Shown: positions 19,517 to 28,059 of the stretch, piece after piece
Numbering within the stretch: position 1 is the stretch's first letter
How the letters are laid out: the number at the start of each line of letters is the position of its first letter
Source of the DNA: Rhodobacterales bacterium
GTDB taxonomy: Bacteria > Pseudomonadota > Alphaproteobacteria > Rhodobacterales > Rhodobacteraceae
Direction: 5' to 3'
DNA: 64,000 bases
Assembly (NCBI GenBank): GCA_003249215.1
Contig: QKJR01000063.1
Span: 6,195-70,194 of the forward strand
The notes under the pieces: generated by a model
What the model was told of the DNA's origin: nothing
The model's input: only the letters and a program-made list of their open reading frames with translations
Databases searched by the model: none
Program-made: the position numbers and the translations under genes

Positions 19517-20180
19517 TGTGGATCCCCTTGCTCATGTGACGCTTGCCGGCGTACCCCGGTGCGCGGGTGACCTCGAAGCCCGCCGTGGCAAGGCCGCGGC
19601 GCACAAAACCCGCCGCCGTATAGGTCGCGAAGGTGCCGCCCGGAGCCGTGTGGCGCCCGACCTCCGCCATCAGCTCCTCGCCCCACATCTCGGGGTTCTT
19701 GGCGGGCGAGAACCCGTCAAGGAACCACGCATCGGCCCGGCCGGTCCAGACGGGCAGGGTCTCGCGTACATCGCCCTCGATCACCTCGACGGCGATTGAG
19801 CCAAGCGTGAAGCGGCGCGCGCCGCGGGTCCAGGCCTCGATCAGCGGGTCTGCAATGGCGCGGGCTTCGGGGAAAGCGGTGAGGGCGCGCTCCATTTCCG
19901 GGGCCGACATCGGGAAGGCCTCGAAGGAGGTGAAGCGCAGCGCCGTGTCCCCGGCGATCAGCGCCAGCGCGAGCAGGTTGAGCCCGGTGCCGAAGCCAAG
20001 CTCGGCCACGTGAAAGCCGGGCACCAGCCGCGCGGGCAGGTCATTGCCCGCAAGGAAGACATGCCGCGTCTCGTTCAGCCCGTTGGCGAGGCTGAAATAG
20101 GGGTCGTCGAAGCGGGTCGAGACCGGAATGGCATCGTCGCGCCAGTCGAGCGCGGCGGGGCTCTGGTCAGGCAGGGGCAT
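19509..20180 (-). CDS. mnmD: tRNA (mnm5s2U34) methyltransferase MnmD (stand-alone MnmC N-terminal domain)
   Basis: FDDPYFS, ETRHVFL, ELGFGTGLN, WFLDGFSPAKNPEMW, ATYTAAG motifs. Confidence 0.9.
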   Translation of the reverse strand: MPLPDQSPAALDWRDDAIPVSTRFDDPYFSLANGLNETRHVFLAGNDLPARLVPGFHVAELGFGTGLNLLALALIAGDTALRFTSFEAFPMSAPEMERALTAFPEARAIADPLIEAWTRGARRFTLGSIAVEVIEGDVRETLPVWTGRADAWFLDGFSPAKNPEMWGEELMAEVGRHTAPGGTFATYTAAGFVRRGLATAGFEVTRAPGYAGKRHMSKGIHNG

Positions 20181-20253
20181 CGGGGGTAGGCCTTGGGCAG
20201 GTCCTGCGACATGCAGGGCCGAGACGGCGCGACACTGACGAAAGGGGCAGGCA

Positions 20254-21300
20254 ATGGCAAGAGGCGATTGGGTCACGGTGCGCGGCGGCGGCATCTTCGG
20301 GCTTGCCTGCGCCTATACGCTCGCGCGCCGCGGCGCCCGGGTCCGACTGATCGAGGCCACGCGGATCGGTGCGGGGTCTTCGGGGGGCACGGTCGGCGCG
20401 CTGGCGCCGCATGTGCCCGAGCAGTGGAACCCCAAGAAACAGTTTCAGCTCGAGAGCCTGCTGATGGCCGGGGGCTTCTGGGCGGGCGTGGCCGAGGCGG
20501 GGGGCGGGAGCCCGGGCTATGCGCGCACCGGCCGGATTCAGCCGCTCGCCGATGCCGCGCAGGTCGCCCGCGCCGAGGAGCGCGCAGCGGGCGCGGCTGC
20601 GCTTTGGGCGGGCCGGGCGATCTGGCGCGTGGCGCCGGTGGCGGAGTTTGGCCCCTTCGCGCCGGCCTCGCCCACCGGCCTCGTCGTGCATGACAGCCTG
20701 AGCGCGCGGGCCGCCCCCCGCGCGGCAGGCGCCGCTTTGGCAGCGGCGATCCGGGCGCTCGGCGGCGAGATCGTGATCGGCGCGGGCGAGGAGATCGGTC
20801 CGGTCCTGCATGCGACCGGCTGGCAGGGGCTGGCCGATCTGTCGCAGGCCTTCGGCAAGCCTGTCGGCAATGGCGTGAAGGGGCAGTCCGCGCTCCTGCG
20901 CTTCGATGCCGGGCCGGTGCCGCAGGTCTATGCCGAGAGCCTGCACATTGTGCCCCATGCCGATGGCACGGTTGCGATCGGCTCGACCTCCGAGCGCGAT
21001 TTCGAGGCGCCGGACAGCACTGATGATCAGCTCGACGCGCTGATCGCCAGGGCGCGCGCGGTGCTCCCGGCCCTGGCCGATGCGCCGGTGATCAACCGTT
21101 GGGCGGGTGTCCGGCCCCGCGCGAAAAGCCGGGCGCCGATACTGGGCACCTGGCCGGACCGCAAGGACCACTTCATCGCCAATGGTGGGTTCAAGATCGG
21201 CTTCGGCATGGCGCCGAAAGTGGCCGAGGTGATGGCCGATCTGATCCTCGAGGGGCGTGATGCGATCCCGGCGGGCTTTCGGGTCGAGGACAATCTCTAG
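20254..21300 (+). CDS. FAD-dependent oxidoreductase (DAO family; candidate MnmC oxidase partner)
   Basis: GGGIFG dinucleotide motif, VKGQ, WAGVRP, GGFKIGF. Divergent from mnmD. Confidence 0.8.
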   Translation: MARGDWVTVRGGGIFGLACAYTLARRGARVRLIEATRIGAGSSGGTVGALAPHVPEQWNPKKQFQLESLLMAGGFWAGVAEAGGGSPGYARTGRIQPLADAAQVARAEERAAGAAALWAGRAIWRVAPVAEFGPFAPASPTGLVVHDSLSARAAPRAAGAALAAAIRALGGEIVIGAGEEIGPVLHATGWQGLADLSQAFGKPVGNGVKGQSALLRFDAGPVPQVYAESLHIVPHADGTVAIGSTSERDFEAPDSTDDQLDALIARARAVLPALADAPVINRWAGVRPRAKSRAPILGTWPDRKDHFIANGGFKIGFGMAPKVAEVMADLILEGRDAIPAGFRVEDNL

Positions 21301-21356
21301 GGGCTCTGCCCCTCGGGCCTGCGGCCCTCACCCCGGGATATTTGAACACAGATGAT
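21300..21356 (+). repeat. REP-like element copy 1
   Basis: GGGGCTCTGCCCC-[hairpin gggcc-tgc-ggccc]-CCCCGGGATATTTGAACACAGATGAT. Shared with copies 2 and 3. Confidence 0.8.
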
Positions 21357-21362
21357 AAGCCC

Positions 21363-21425
21363 ATCACCTGTGCCGAAATATCCCGGGGTAAATTTGCGCG
21401 GCAGCGCAAAGAGGGGCAGCGCCCC
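21363..21425 (-). repeat. REP-like element copy 2 (inverted relative to copy 1)
   Basis: Reverse complement: GGGGCGCTGCCCC-[tttgcgc-tgcc-gcgcaaa]-CCCCGGGATATTTCGGCACAGGTGAT. Confidence 0.8.
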
Positions 21426-21426
21426 G

Positions 21427-21867
21427 TTACCAGCGGTTCAACGCGGCCTCGTCGGTGTCTTTGGCATCCACCCAGTCGCCGGGGCCGTCCACCCCGATCT
21501 CGCGCTTCCAGAAGGGCGCGCGGGATTTCAGGTAATCCATCAGGAATTCGGCCGCCTCGAAGGCCGCCTTGCGGTGGCGCGCGGCGGTGGCGACCATCAT
21601 GATCGGCTCGCCCACCGCGAGGCGCCCGTAACGGTGGATCACCACGCAATCGGCAAGCGACCAGCGCGCCATCGCCTCTTCCGCGATCCGGGTCAGGGCC
21701 TTTTCGGTCATGCCGGGGTAATGTTCGAGTTCGAGCGCCACCATCCGCCCGGTGTCGTCGCGCACGATGCCCGAGAAGGTCACCACGGCACCGGCATTGC
21801 CCGCCGCGCCAAAGCCCGCGATCTCGGCGCCGAGGTCGAAGGGCGCCTCTTGCACCGAAATCCGCAT
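21427..21867 (-). CDS. moaE: Molybdopterin synthase catalytic subunit
   Basis: GAVVTFSGIVR, LEHYPGMTE, HRYG, MDYLKSRAPFWKRE. Confidence 0.96.
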   Translation of the reverse strand: MRISVQEAPFDLGAEIAGFGAAGNAGAVVTFSGIVRDDTGRMVALELEHYPGMTEKALTRIAEEAMARWSLADCVVIHRYGRLAVGEPIMMVATAARHRKAAFEAAEFLMDYLKSRAPFWKREIGVDGPGDWVDAKDTDEAALNRW

Positions 21868-21868
21868 C

Positions 21869-22117
21869 TCAGCCGCCCGTCATCGGCGGGAAGAAGGCGA
21901 CCTCGCGCACACCGGCCAAGGGCGCGTCGAAATCCGAGAGCTCCTGATCGAGCGCGACCCGCACCGCCGCCAGATCGGCGAAGGCCGCAGCATAGCGCGG
22001 CTCGCGTGCGCTCAGTTCGGCGACCAGATCGGACACGGTGGCCGCCCCGGTCTCGACGCGCTCGCGCGGCACGCCGATCCGCTCGCGCAGCCAGGCGAAA
22101 TAGACCACCTCAACCAT
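21869..22117 (-). CDS. moaD: Molybdopterin synthase sulfur carrier subunit
   Basis: YFAWLRE N-terminus and EVAFFPPMTGG C-terminal GG. Confidence 0.96.
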   Translation of the reverse strand: MVEVVYFAWLRERIGVPRERVETGAATVSDLVAELSAREPRYAAAFADLAAVRVALDQELSDFDAPLAGVREVAFFPPMTGG

Positions 22118-22739
22118 CGTGGTGATCCCTGAGGAACGGCAGCGCCTTGGTGAAATAATCCCAGCCAGTGATCGCGGTCAGCACCGCCGCGATCCAGATC
22201 AGCGCGAGGCCCACATGATTGGCGAGATCGGCCGGCGAGAAGCCGGTGGGCAGATCGCCTTCGCCCGCGCGCGGCGCACGGCCTTGTTCGAGGAAGGCAA
22301 GCCCCGTGCCCAGAAACAGCACCGCGATCGCCACCATCTGCGCGGTGGTCTTCCACTTGGCGAGCTTGGTGACCTTGAGTTTGCCCGCATCCGCGCCGAT
22401 GAATTCGCGCAGCCCCGAGACGAAGACCTCGCGGAAGAGGATCACGGTCGCGGGCAGGATCAGCCAGGGGTTCATCCCCGAATAGCCGGTCAGCACGACG
22501 AGCGCGATCACCACCATCGCCTTGTCGGCGATCGGATCGAGCATCGCGCCGAACTTGCTTTCCTGCTTCCAAAGGCGGGCGAGGTAACCGTCAAACCAGT
22601 CGGTGATGGCGGCGCTGATGAAGAGCGCGAGCGCGAACCAGTCCGCCCAGGGCCGGTGGAAATAGAGAAACATCACCGCAACGCCGGGGGCGGCGAGCAG
22701 GCGGGCCACGGTCAGCACATTGGGCAGGGTCCATCTCAT
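22110..22739 (-). CDS. pgsA: CDP-diacylglycerol--glycerol-3-phosphate 3-phosphatidyltransferase
   Basis: PNVLT..R, TDWFDGYLAR...FGAMLDPIADK (CDP-alcohol phosphotransferase motif), AKWKTTAQM. Confidence 0.96.
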   Translation of the reverse strand: MRWTLPNVLTVARLLAAPGVAVMFLYFHRPWADWFALALFISAAITDWFDGYLARLWKQESKFGAMLDPIADKAMVVIALVVLTGYSGMNPWLILPATVILFREVFVSGLREFIGADAGKLKVTKLAKWKTTAQMVAIAVLFLGTGLAFLEQGRAPRAGEGDLPTGFSPADLANHVGLALIWIAAVLTAITGWDYFTKALPFLRDHHDG

Positions 22740-22783
22740 GGCGGCAACCTAGCGAGCCCTTGGCGCAAGGGAAAGGGGGTGTG

Positions 22784-23878
22784 TCAGTCAGTCTCGGGCG
22801 CGAGGGGCGCCGCGGCCCCCGGATCGGCATAATCATGCGTGCCGCCCTGCCAGTCGGTCACGCGCCAGAGGCCGGGGGCGGCGCCGGGGGCGAAATGCTC
22901 GGCCGTGATCGGCACCTTGCCGAAGCCGCCGGGGATGTCGAGCACATAGGCGGGCAGCGCCGTGCCGCTGATCGCACCGCGCAGGGCGCGCATCAGGGCA
23001 CGGCCCTCGTCGATCGTGGTGCGGAAGCTTGCCGTGCCCGGGGCGAGGTCGCAGTGATGCAGGTAATAGGGTTTGACGCGGTTGGCGAGCAGCGTGCGGA
23101 ACAGGTCCGACAGCGCCGCGACCGAGTCGTTCACGCCCTTGAGCAGCACCGATTGCGACAGGAGCGGCACCCCGGCCTCGACCAGCCGCGCCAGCGCCGC
23201 GCGGGCGGGGGGCGTCAGCTCCTGCGCGTGGTTCGTATGCACCACGATCCACAGGGTGGGGCGCGCGGCGCGCAAAGCCGCGATCAGGGCCGCGCCAATC
23301 CGCTCGGGCGCCACCACCGGCACGCGGGTATGGATGCGGATCATCTCGACATGCGGGATCAGGTTGAGCCGGCGGATCACCGCGCCGATGCGGCGGGGGG
23401 ACAGGGTCAGCGGGTCGCCCCCGGTCAGGATCACCTCGCGCACCGCGGGCGTGAAGGCGATATAGGCCAGCGCCATCTCGAGCGCGCTGTCCGAGAGCGG
23501 CCCGGTCTCGCCCACCGTTTCGCGGCGGAAGCAGAACCGGCAATAGACATCGCAGGTCTTGGTGATGTGCAGGATGACGCGATCGGGATAGCGATGGGTG
23601 AGCCCGGGCACCGGCGCGTGCGCCCCGTCTCCGATCGGATCGGGGAGCTCCTCGGGGCGGGTGATCAGCTCGGCGGCGCGCGGCACGAATTGTGCGGCCA
23701 CGGGGTCCGCCGCATCGCCCGGCGCGGAAATCGCCGCCTGCATCGCGGGGGTGATGCGGATGCGGAAGCTTTGCGCCACCTCGGCCAGCATTTCGGCATC
23801 ACCGGGGGCGGCGAGGCCCGCGGCCAGCAGATCCTCGGCGGTGGTCAGGGCATGGGGGGCGGGGGGCGCTTCGGTCAT
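22784..23878 (-). CDS. Radical SAM lysine 2,3-aminomutase family protein (KamA/EpmB-like)
   Basis: HRYPDRV, CDVYCRFC (CxxxCxxC), LTGGDPL, RIHTR, HTNH, SQSVLLKGVND, PYYLHH, PGGFGK. Confidence 0.9.
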   Translation of the reverse strand: MTEAPPAPHALTTAEDLLAAGLAAPGDAEMLAEVAQSFRIRITPAMQAAISAPGDAADPVAAQFVPRAAELITRPEELPDPIGDGAHAPVPGLTHRYPDRVILHITKTCDVYCRFCFRRETVGETGPLSDSALEMALAYIAFTPAVREVILTGGDPLTLSPRRIGAVIRRLNLIPHVEMIRIHTRVPVVAPERIGAALIAALRAARPTLWIVVHTNHAQELTPPARAALARLVEAGVPLLSQSVLLKGVNDSVAALSDLFRTLLANRVKPYYLHHCDLAPGTASFRTTIDEGRALMRALRGAISGTALPAYVLDIPGGFGKVPITAEHFAPGAAPGLWRVTDWQGGTHDYADPGAAAPLAPETD

Positions 23879-23923
23879 GGCCGGGCGCTACGCTGCGCGG
23901 GGGCGCGGGTCAAGTCCTGCGGT

Positions 23924-25822
23924 TCAGCCGGCCGTCTCGTTGAAGAAGTTCCAGATGGTTTCCGCCATCGCCTGAGAAATCCCGGGTGCCTCCATCAGAT
24001 CGGTGACGCCCGCGCGGCTGACCGCCTTGGCCGAGCCGAAATGCGCGAGCAAAGCGCGCTTGCGGGTCGCGCCGACGCCGGGGATTTCATCCAAGGGGTT
24101 CGCCATCGTCGCCTTGGCGCGTTTCGCCCGATGCGCGCCGATCGCCCAGCGGTGCGCCTCGTCGCGCAGGCGCTGCACGTAGTAAAGCACCGGATCCTGG
24201 CGCGGCAGGGCAAAGGGCCGCGCGCCGATACGGTGGAATTCCTCCTTGCCCTGATCGCGGTCGATGCCCTTGGCCACGCCCACCATCGGGATATCGGTCA
24301 GGCCGTATTCCTCCAATATCTCATGCACCGCCGAGACCTGCCCGGCGCCGCCGTCGATCAGCAGAAGATCGGGCCAGGTATCGCCCTCGCGCTCCGGGTC
24401 CTCGCGCTTGAGCCGCTCGAAGCGGCGGGTCAGCACCTCTTTCATCATGCCGAAATCGTCGCCCGGGGTCAGATCGTCGCCCTTGATGTTCCACTTGCGA
24501 TACTGGCTTTTCACGAAACCATCGGGCCCGGCGACGATCATCCCGCCGACCGCATTGGTGCCCTGAATATGCGAGTTATCGTAAACCTCGATGCGCTCGG
24601 GGGGCTTGGGCAGACCAAAGGCCTCGGCCACGCCTTTCAGCAACCTCGCCTGCGCCGCCGATTCCGACATCCGCCGCCCCAGGCTCTCGCGCGCATTGCG
24701 CAAGGCGTTTTCCACGAGCTCCGCCTTCTCGCCGCGTTTCGGCACGGCAATCTCGACCCGCCGCCCTGCGCGGTTCGACAGAAGATCGACCATTAGATCG
24801 GCATCCTCGATCTCATGGCTGAGAAGCAGCAACCGCGGCGGCTCCTTCGCGTCGTAGAACTGCGCGAGGAAGGCCTCGAGCACCTCGGGCTCCTCGGCGC
24901 CCGAGCCGGTGCGCGGATAGAAATCATGGTTGCCCCAGCTTTGATGGGCGCGGATGAAGAAGACCTGCACGCAGGCCTGCCCCCCCTCCATATGCACCGC
25001 GATCACATCCGCCTCGGCCACGCCGCGCGGGTTGATGCCCTGACTTTGCTGCACATTGGTCAGCGCCTGAATCCGGTCGCGCAAGGCCGCCGCGCGCTCG
25101 AATTCCAGCGCCTCGGACGCGGCCATCATCTGCTCGGCGAGGTCCTTCTGGATGCTCGTCGATTTCCCCTCAAGGAAGCGCTCGGCATCCTCGACGGTTC
25201 TGGCATACTCCGCCTCGCTGATCTTGCCGACGCAGGGCCCGGAGCAGCGCTTGATCTGGTACTGCAGGCAGGGGCGGGTGCGGCTGGCAAACATCGCATC
25301 CGAGCAATTACGCAGCTGGAATACCCGTTCGAGGTGGTTCAGCGTGCGGTTGACCGCGCTGGCGCTGGCGAAGGGGCCAAAATAGGCGCCCTTCACATTG
25401 CGTGCGCCGCGATGCTTGCGGATCATCGGGAAGGGATGGTCCTGCGCGATAAGGATATAGGGGAAGCTCTTGTCGTCGCGCAAAAGCACGTTGTAGCGCG
25501 GCTTGAGTTGCTTGATCAGGTTCTGCTCGAGGAGCAGCGCCTCGGTTTCGGTCCGCGTCGTCAGGAACATCATGTAAGACGTTTCCGAGATCATCCGCGC
25601 GATCCGCGCCGAATGGCCGGAGGGGCGTGCATAGTTCGACACGCGCGCCTTGAGGTTGCGCGCCTTGCCGACGTAAAGCACCTCCTGTTGCGCGTTCAGC
25701 ATCCGATAGACGCCGGGCGAGCCATCGAGCCGGGACACGTAATCGGCGATCAGCTCGTGCCCTTTCAGCCGCTGGTTTTGCGGCATTGCAGCATGGTCTT
25801 GGGGGCTATCGCTATCGGTCAT
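23924..25822 (-). CDS. uvrC: Excinuclease ABC subunit C
   Basis: GIY-YIG domain (PGVYRM...YVGKA), [22 protein letters not shown]-terminal HhH. Confidence 0.97.
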   Translation of the reverse strand: MTDSDSPQDHAAMPQNQRLKGHELIADYVSRLDGSPGVYRMLNAQQEVLYVGKARNLKARVSNYARPSGHSARIARMISETSYMMFLTTRTETEALLLEQNLIKQLKPRYNVLLRDDKSFPYILIAQDHPFPMIRKHRGARNVKGAYFGPFASASAVNRTLNHLERVFQLRNCSDAMFASRTRPCLQYQIKRCSGPCVGKISEAEYARTVEDAERFLEGKSTSIQKDLAEQMMAASEALEFERAAALRDRIQALTNVQQSQGINPRGVAEADVIAVHMEGGQACVQVFFIRAHQSWGNHDFYPRTGSGAEEPEVLEAFLAQFYDAKEPPRLLLLSHEIEDADLMVDLLSNRAGRRVEIAVPKRGEKAELVENALRNARESLGRRMSESAAQARLLKGVAEAFGLPKPPERIEVYDNSHIQGTNAVGGMIVAGPDGFVKSQYRKWNIKGDDLTPGDDFGMMKEVLTRRFERLKREDPEREGDTWPDLLLIDGGAGQVSAVHEILEEYGLTDIPMVGVAKGIDRDQGKEEFHRIGARPFALPRQDPVLYYVQRLRDEAHRWAIGAHRAKRAKATMANPLDEIPGVGATRKRALLAHFGSAKAVSRAGVTDLMEAPGISQAMAETIWNFFNETAG

Positions 25823-25839
25823 GGCGGCTCTGCGAAGGG

Positions 25840-26110
25840 GCTCCGATTCTCGGTCAGAGCTGCAACCTTAGCGCCCTGAGTTCAAGAGGAAAGCTGTCCA
25901 CCGTTTTTGTGGATAAGTCTGTTGGAAAGTTTTGCTGCGGCACGGAATTTCCTTGTATTGCAGCGCCTCCGATGGATTGCCTGAATATTGAGCAAATATA
26001 TAACGCATTGATTTTGAGTGAAAAAATTAGATACCCGCCGCAAGTGACTGATTCAATTAGGAGATTCGTAACGAGTTTGTTACGCAACCCTGAAAAGTGG
26101 ACAAGTTGCC
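25840..26110. other. Putative chromosomal replication origin (oriC)
   Basis: Perfect DnaA box TGTGGATAA (25908-25916) plus degenerate boxes at 25894-25902, 25920-25928 and 26096-26104. IHF consensus at 26001-26013 and a near-match at 26041-26053. AT-rich core; three GANTC sites. Confidence 0.7.
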
Positions 26111-26141
26111 GCAAGGTCCGCGCCCGGAGGCTGTTTTCGGG

Positions 26142-26918
26142 CTATTCGAGCCCCAGAACGTCGGGCGTTCGCCAGCCCAGATGCTGCCCCCCGTCGACAC
26201 ACAGGAGCTGCCCGGTAACGGCCGGCGCGTCGAGGAAATAGCCAAGCGCCGCGCAGATATCGGCGGGGTCCGCGCCGCGCTCGAGAATCGTAGCGGCGCG
26301 TTGGCGGGCGAAGTGATCCGCACTCTGGCGCGTGCCTTGCAGCGTCGGGCCCGGGCCGATTGCATTGACGCGGATCTCGGGCGCGAGCGCCTGCGCCGCG
26401 GTGCGGGTCAGCGACCAGAGCGCGGCCTTGGCGAGGCTGTAGGTCATGAATTCCGGCGTCGGCTTCAAGACGCGCTGGTCGATCATGTTGAGCACCATCG
26501 CCTGCGCTCGGGGCTCGCCCGTGCTGCGCTCGGCCTTCGGCGCCTGTTCGGCAAAGGCCTGGATCAGCACGAAGGGCGCGCGCAGGTTCGAGCCCATGTG
26601 CCGGTCCCAGCTCGTCCTGGTCGCGCTGCGCAGATTGTCATATTCAAAGATCGAGGCGTTGTTGATCAAGAGATCGAGCGGCCCGCCGAGCGCCTCGGCG
26701 GCCGCGGGCACGAGCGCGGCGGTCGCCGCCTCGTCGAGCAGATCGGCGCAGAGCGCCACGGCCTGCACGCCCAATGCCCGCGCCTCGGCCACCGTCGCCT
26801 CGGCCGCCTCGGCCGAGCCGTGGTAATGCACGGCCACATCATATCCGCGCCCGGCAAGATAGAGCGCCATCGCCCGCCCCAGCCGCTTCGCCCCGCCTGT
26901 CACCAGTGCCCGTGCCAT
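26142..26918 (-). CDS. Short-chain dehydrogenase (pteridine reductase/FolM-like)
   Basis: TGGAKRLG, NNASIF, IDQRV, YSLAK, VNAIGPG, VDGG. Confidence 0.88.
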   Translation of the reverse strand: MARALVTGGAKRLGRAMALYLAGRGYDVAVHYHGSAEAAEATVAEARALGVQAVALCADLLDEAATAALVPAAAEALGGPLDLLINNASIFEYDNLRSATRTSWDRHMGSNLRAPFVLIQAFAEQAPKAERSTGEPRAQAMVLNMIDQRVLKPTPEFMTYSLAKAALWSLTRTAAQALAPEIRVNAIGPGPTLQGTRQSADHFARQRAATILERGADPADICAALGYFLDAPAVTGQLLCVDGGQHLGWRTPDVLGLE

Positions 26919-26924
26919 CTGCCC

Positions 26925-27887
26925 TCAGACCTTGCCCATCATCATCAGCGTCACGACATAGATGGCATAGATCGCGACGAAGCCGAAGCCCGCGATGCGG
27001 GTGAAGGGGCGGCGCGTGAACAGGAAGGGCGCGATCAGCGCCGAGGCGCCCAGCATCACCCACAGATCGAGCCGTTTCATCTCGGGCGGCACCGGCAGCG
27101 GGCCGACGAGGCTCGCGATGCCGATGATCGCGAGCAGGTTGAAAATGTTCGAGCCGATGACATTGCCGAGCGCCACATCCGAGCGGCCCTTGAAGGCGGC
27201 GGTGACCGAGGTGGCCAGTTCCGGCAGCGAGGTGCCGACGGCCACGAGGGTGAGGCCGATCACCGCCTCTGAAATGCCGGCGGCGCGGGCGATATTGGTG
27301 GCGCCATCGACGAGGAAATCGGCGCCAAACGGCAGGCCGATCAGCCCGAGCGCGAGGAAGAGAGCGATCTTGGCCCAGGGCATCTGCGGATCGGCGCCCT
27401 CGAGCTCGTCTTCGGGATCGGCCTTGCCCGCGGCGCGATGGGCCATCGCCTGACCGATCTGCCGCGTGAGGATCGCGGCCAGCGCGCCGAGCAGAACGAG
27501 TCCGTGGACCCAGGTGAAGCCCCCCATGAAGGCGAGCGCGATGAACAGCACCGACCCGGCCATCATGATCAGATAGCTTTCGCGGGTGTCGTGTTCATCG
27601 GTGCGCATCGCTGCGATGATCGCCGGAATGCCGATCACCAGCAGGATATTGGCGGTATTGGAGCCGATGACATTGCCGAGCGCGATCGCCGGCGCATGAT
27701 CGAGCACGGCTGCGACCGAAACCATAAGCTCGGGTGCCGAGGTGCCGAAGGCGACCACGGTCAGCCCGACGATCAGCGCCGGGATCCCGAGCCGCAGCGC
27801 CAGATTGACCGCCCCGCGCACGAGGATATCCCCCGCGACCACGAGAAGCCCGAGCCCGAGCGCGATTTTCAGAAGGTCGATCAGCAC
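26925..27887 (-). CDS. Calcium/sodium antiporter (YrbG/CaCA family)
   Basis: Two alpha repeats: GTSAPE...GNVIGSN and GTSLPE...GNVIGSN. GTG start with AAGGAG RBS. Confidence 0.93.
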   Translation of the reverse strand: MLIDLLKIALGLGLLVVAGDILVRGAVNLALRLGIPALIVGLTVVAFGTSAPELMVSVAAVLDHAPAIALGNVIGSNTANILLVIGIPAIIAAMRTDEHDTRESYLIMMAGSVLFIALAFMGGFTWVHGLVLLGALAAILTRQIGQAMAHRAAGKADPEDELEGADPQMPWAKIALFLALGLIGLPFGADFLVDGATNIARAAGISEAVIGLTLVAVGTSLPELATSVTAAFKGRSDVALGNVIGSNIFNLLAIIGIASLVGPLPVPPEMKRLDLWVMLGASALIAPFLFTRRPFTRIAGFGFVAIYAIYVVTLMMMGKV

Positions 27888-28055
27888 TCAGCTCTCCTTT
27901 TTCGAGCAGGGACAGGGGCCGCGGCCGATCTTCGGCCGGCCGCATTTCGGGCATCTCGTGGCCCCTCGCCTGGCCCCTCCGGGCAGCCGCAGCCGCCCAA
28001 ACATGGCGAGCACCGCCATCACCACGAGAAAAAGCGTCATTCCCTTGATCAGCAT
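27888..28055 (-). CDS. 55-aa small protein: N-terminal TM helix plus CxxC...CxC (not in ORF track)
   Basis: MLIKGMTLFLVVMAVLAMFGRLRLPGGARRGATRCPKCGRPKIGRGPCPCSKKES. Fills the gap between the S49 peptidase stop (4 nt away) and the antiporter start (abutting). Confidence 0.75.
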   Translation of the reverse strand: MLIKGMTLFLVVMAVLAMFGRLRLPGGARRGATRCPKCGRPKIGRGPCPCSKKES

Positions 28056-28059
28056 GGTG

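Noticed and set aside
21300-21425. Repeat pair as a CRISPR array or IS element
   Set aside because: The copies are inverted, with no spacer array, cas gene, transposase or clear target-site duplication.
26067-26084. CGTAAC-N6-GTTACG as a CtrA site
   Set aside because: Poor match to TTAA-N7-TTAA; kept only as an unassigned dyad within the origin finding.
25786-26241. ORFs of 151 aa (+) and 86 aa (-) across the uvrC upstream region
   Set aside because: Atypical composition and no recognisable motif; the region is better explained as an origin/promoter.
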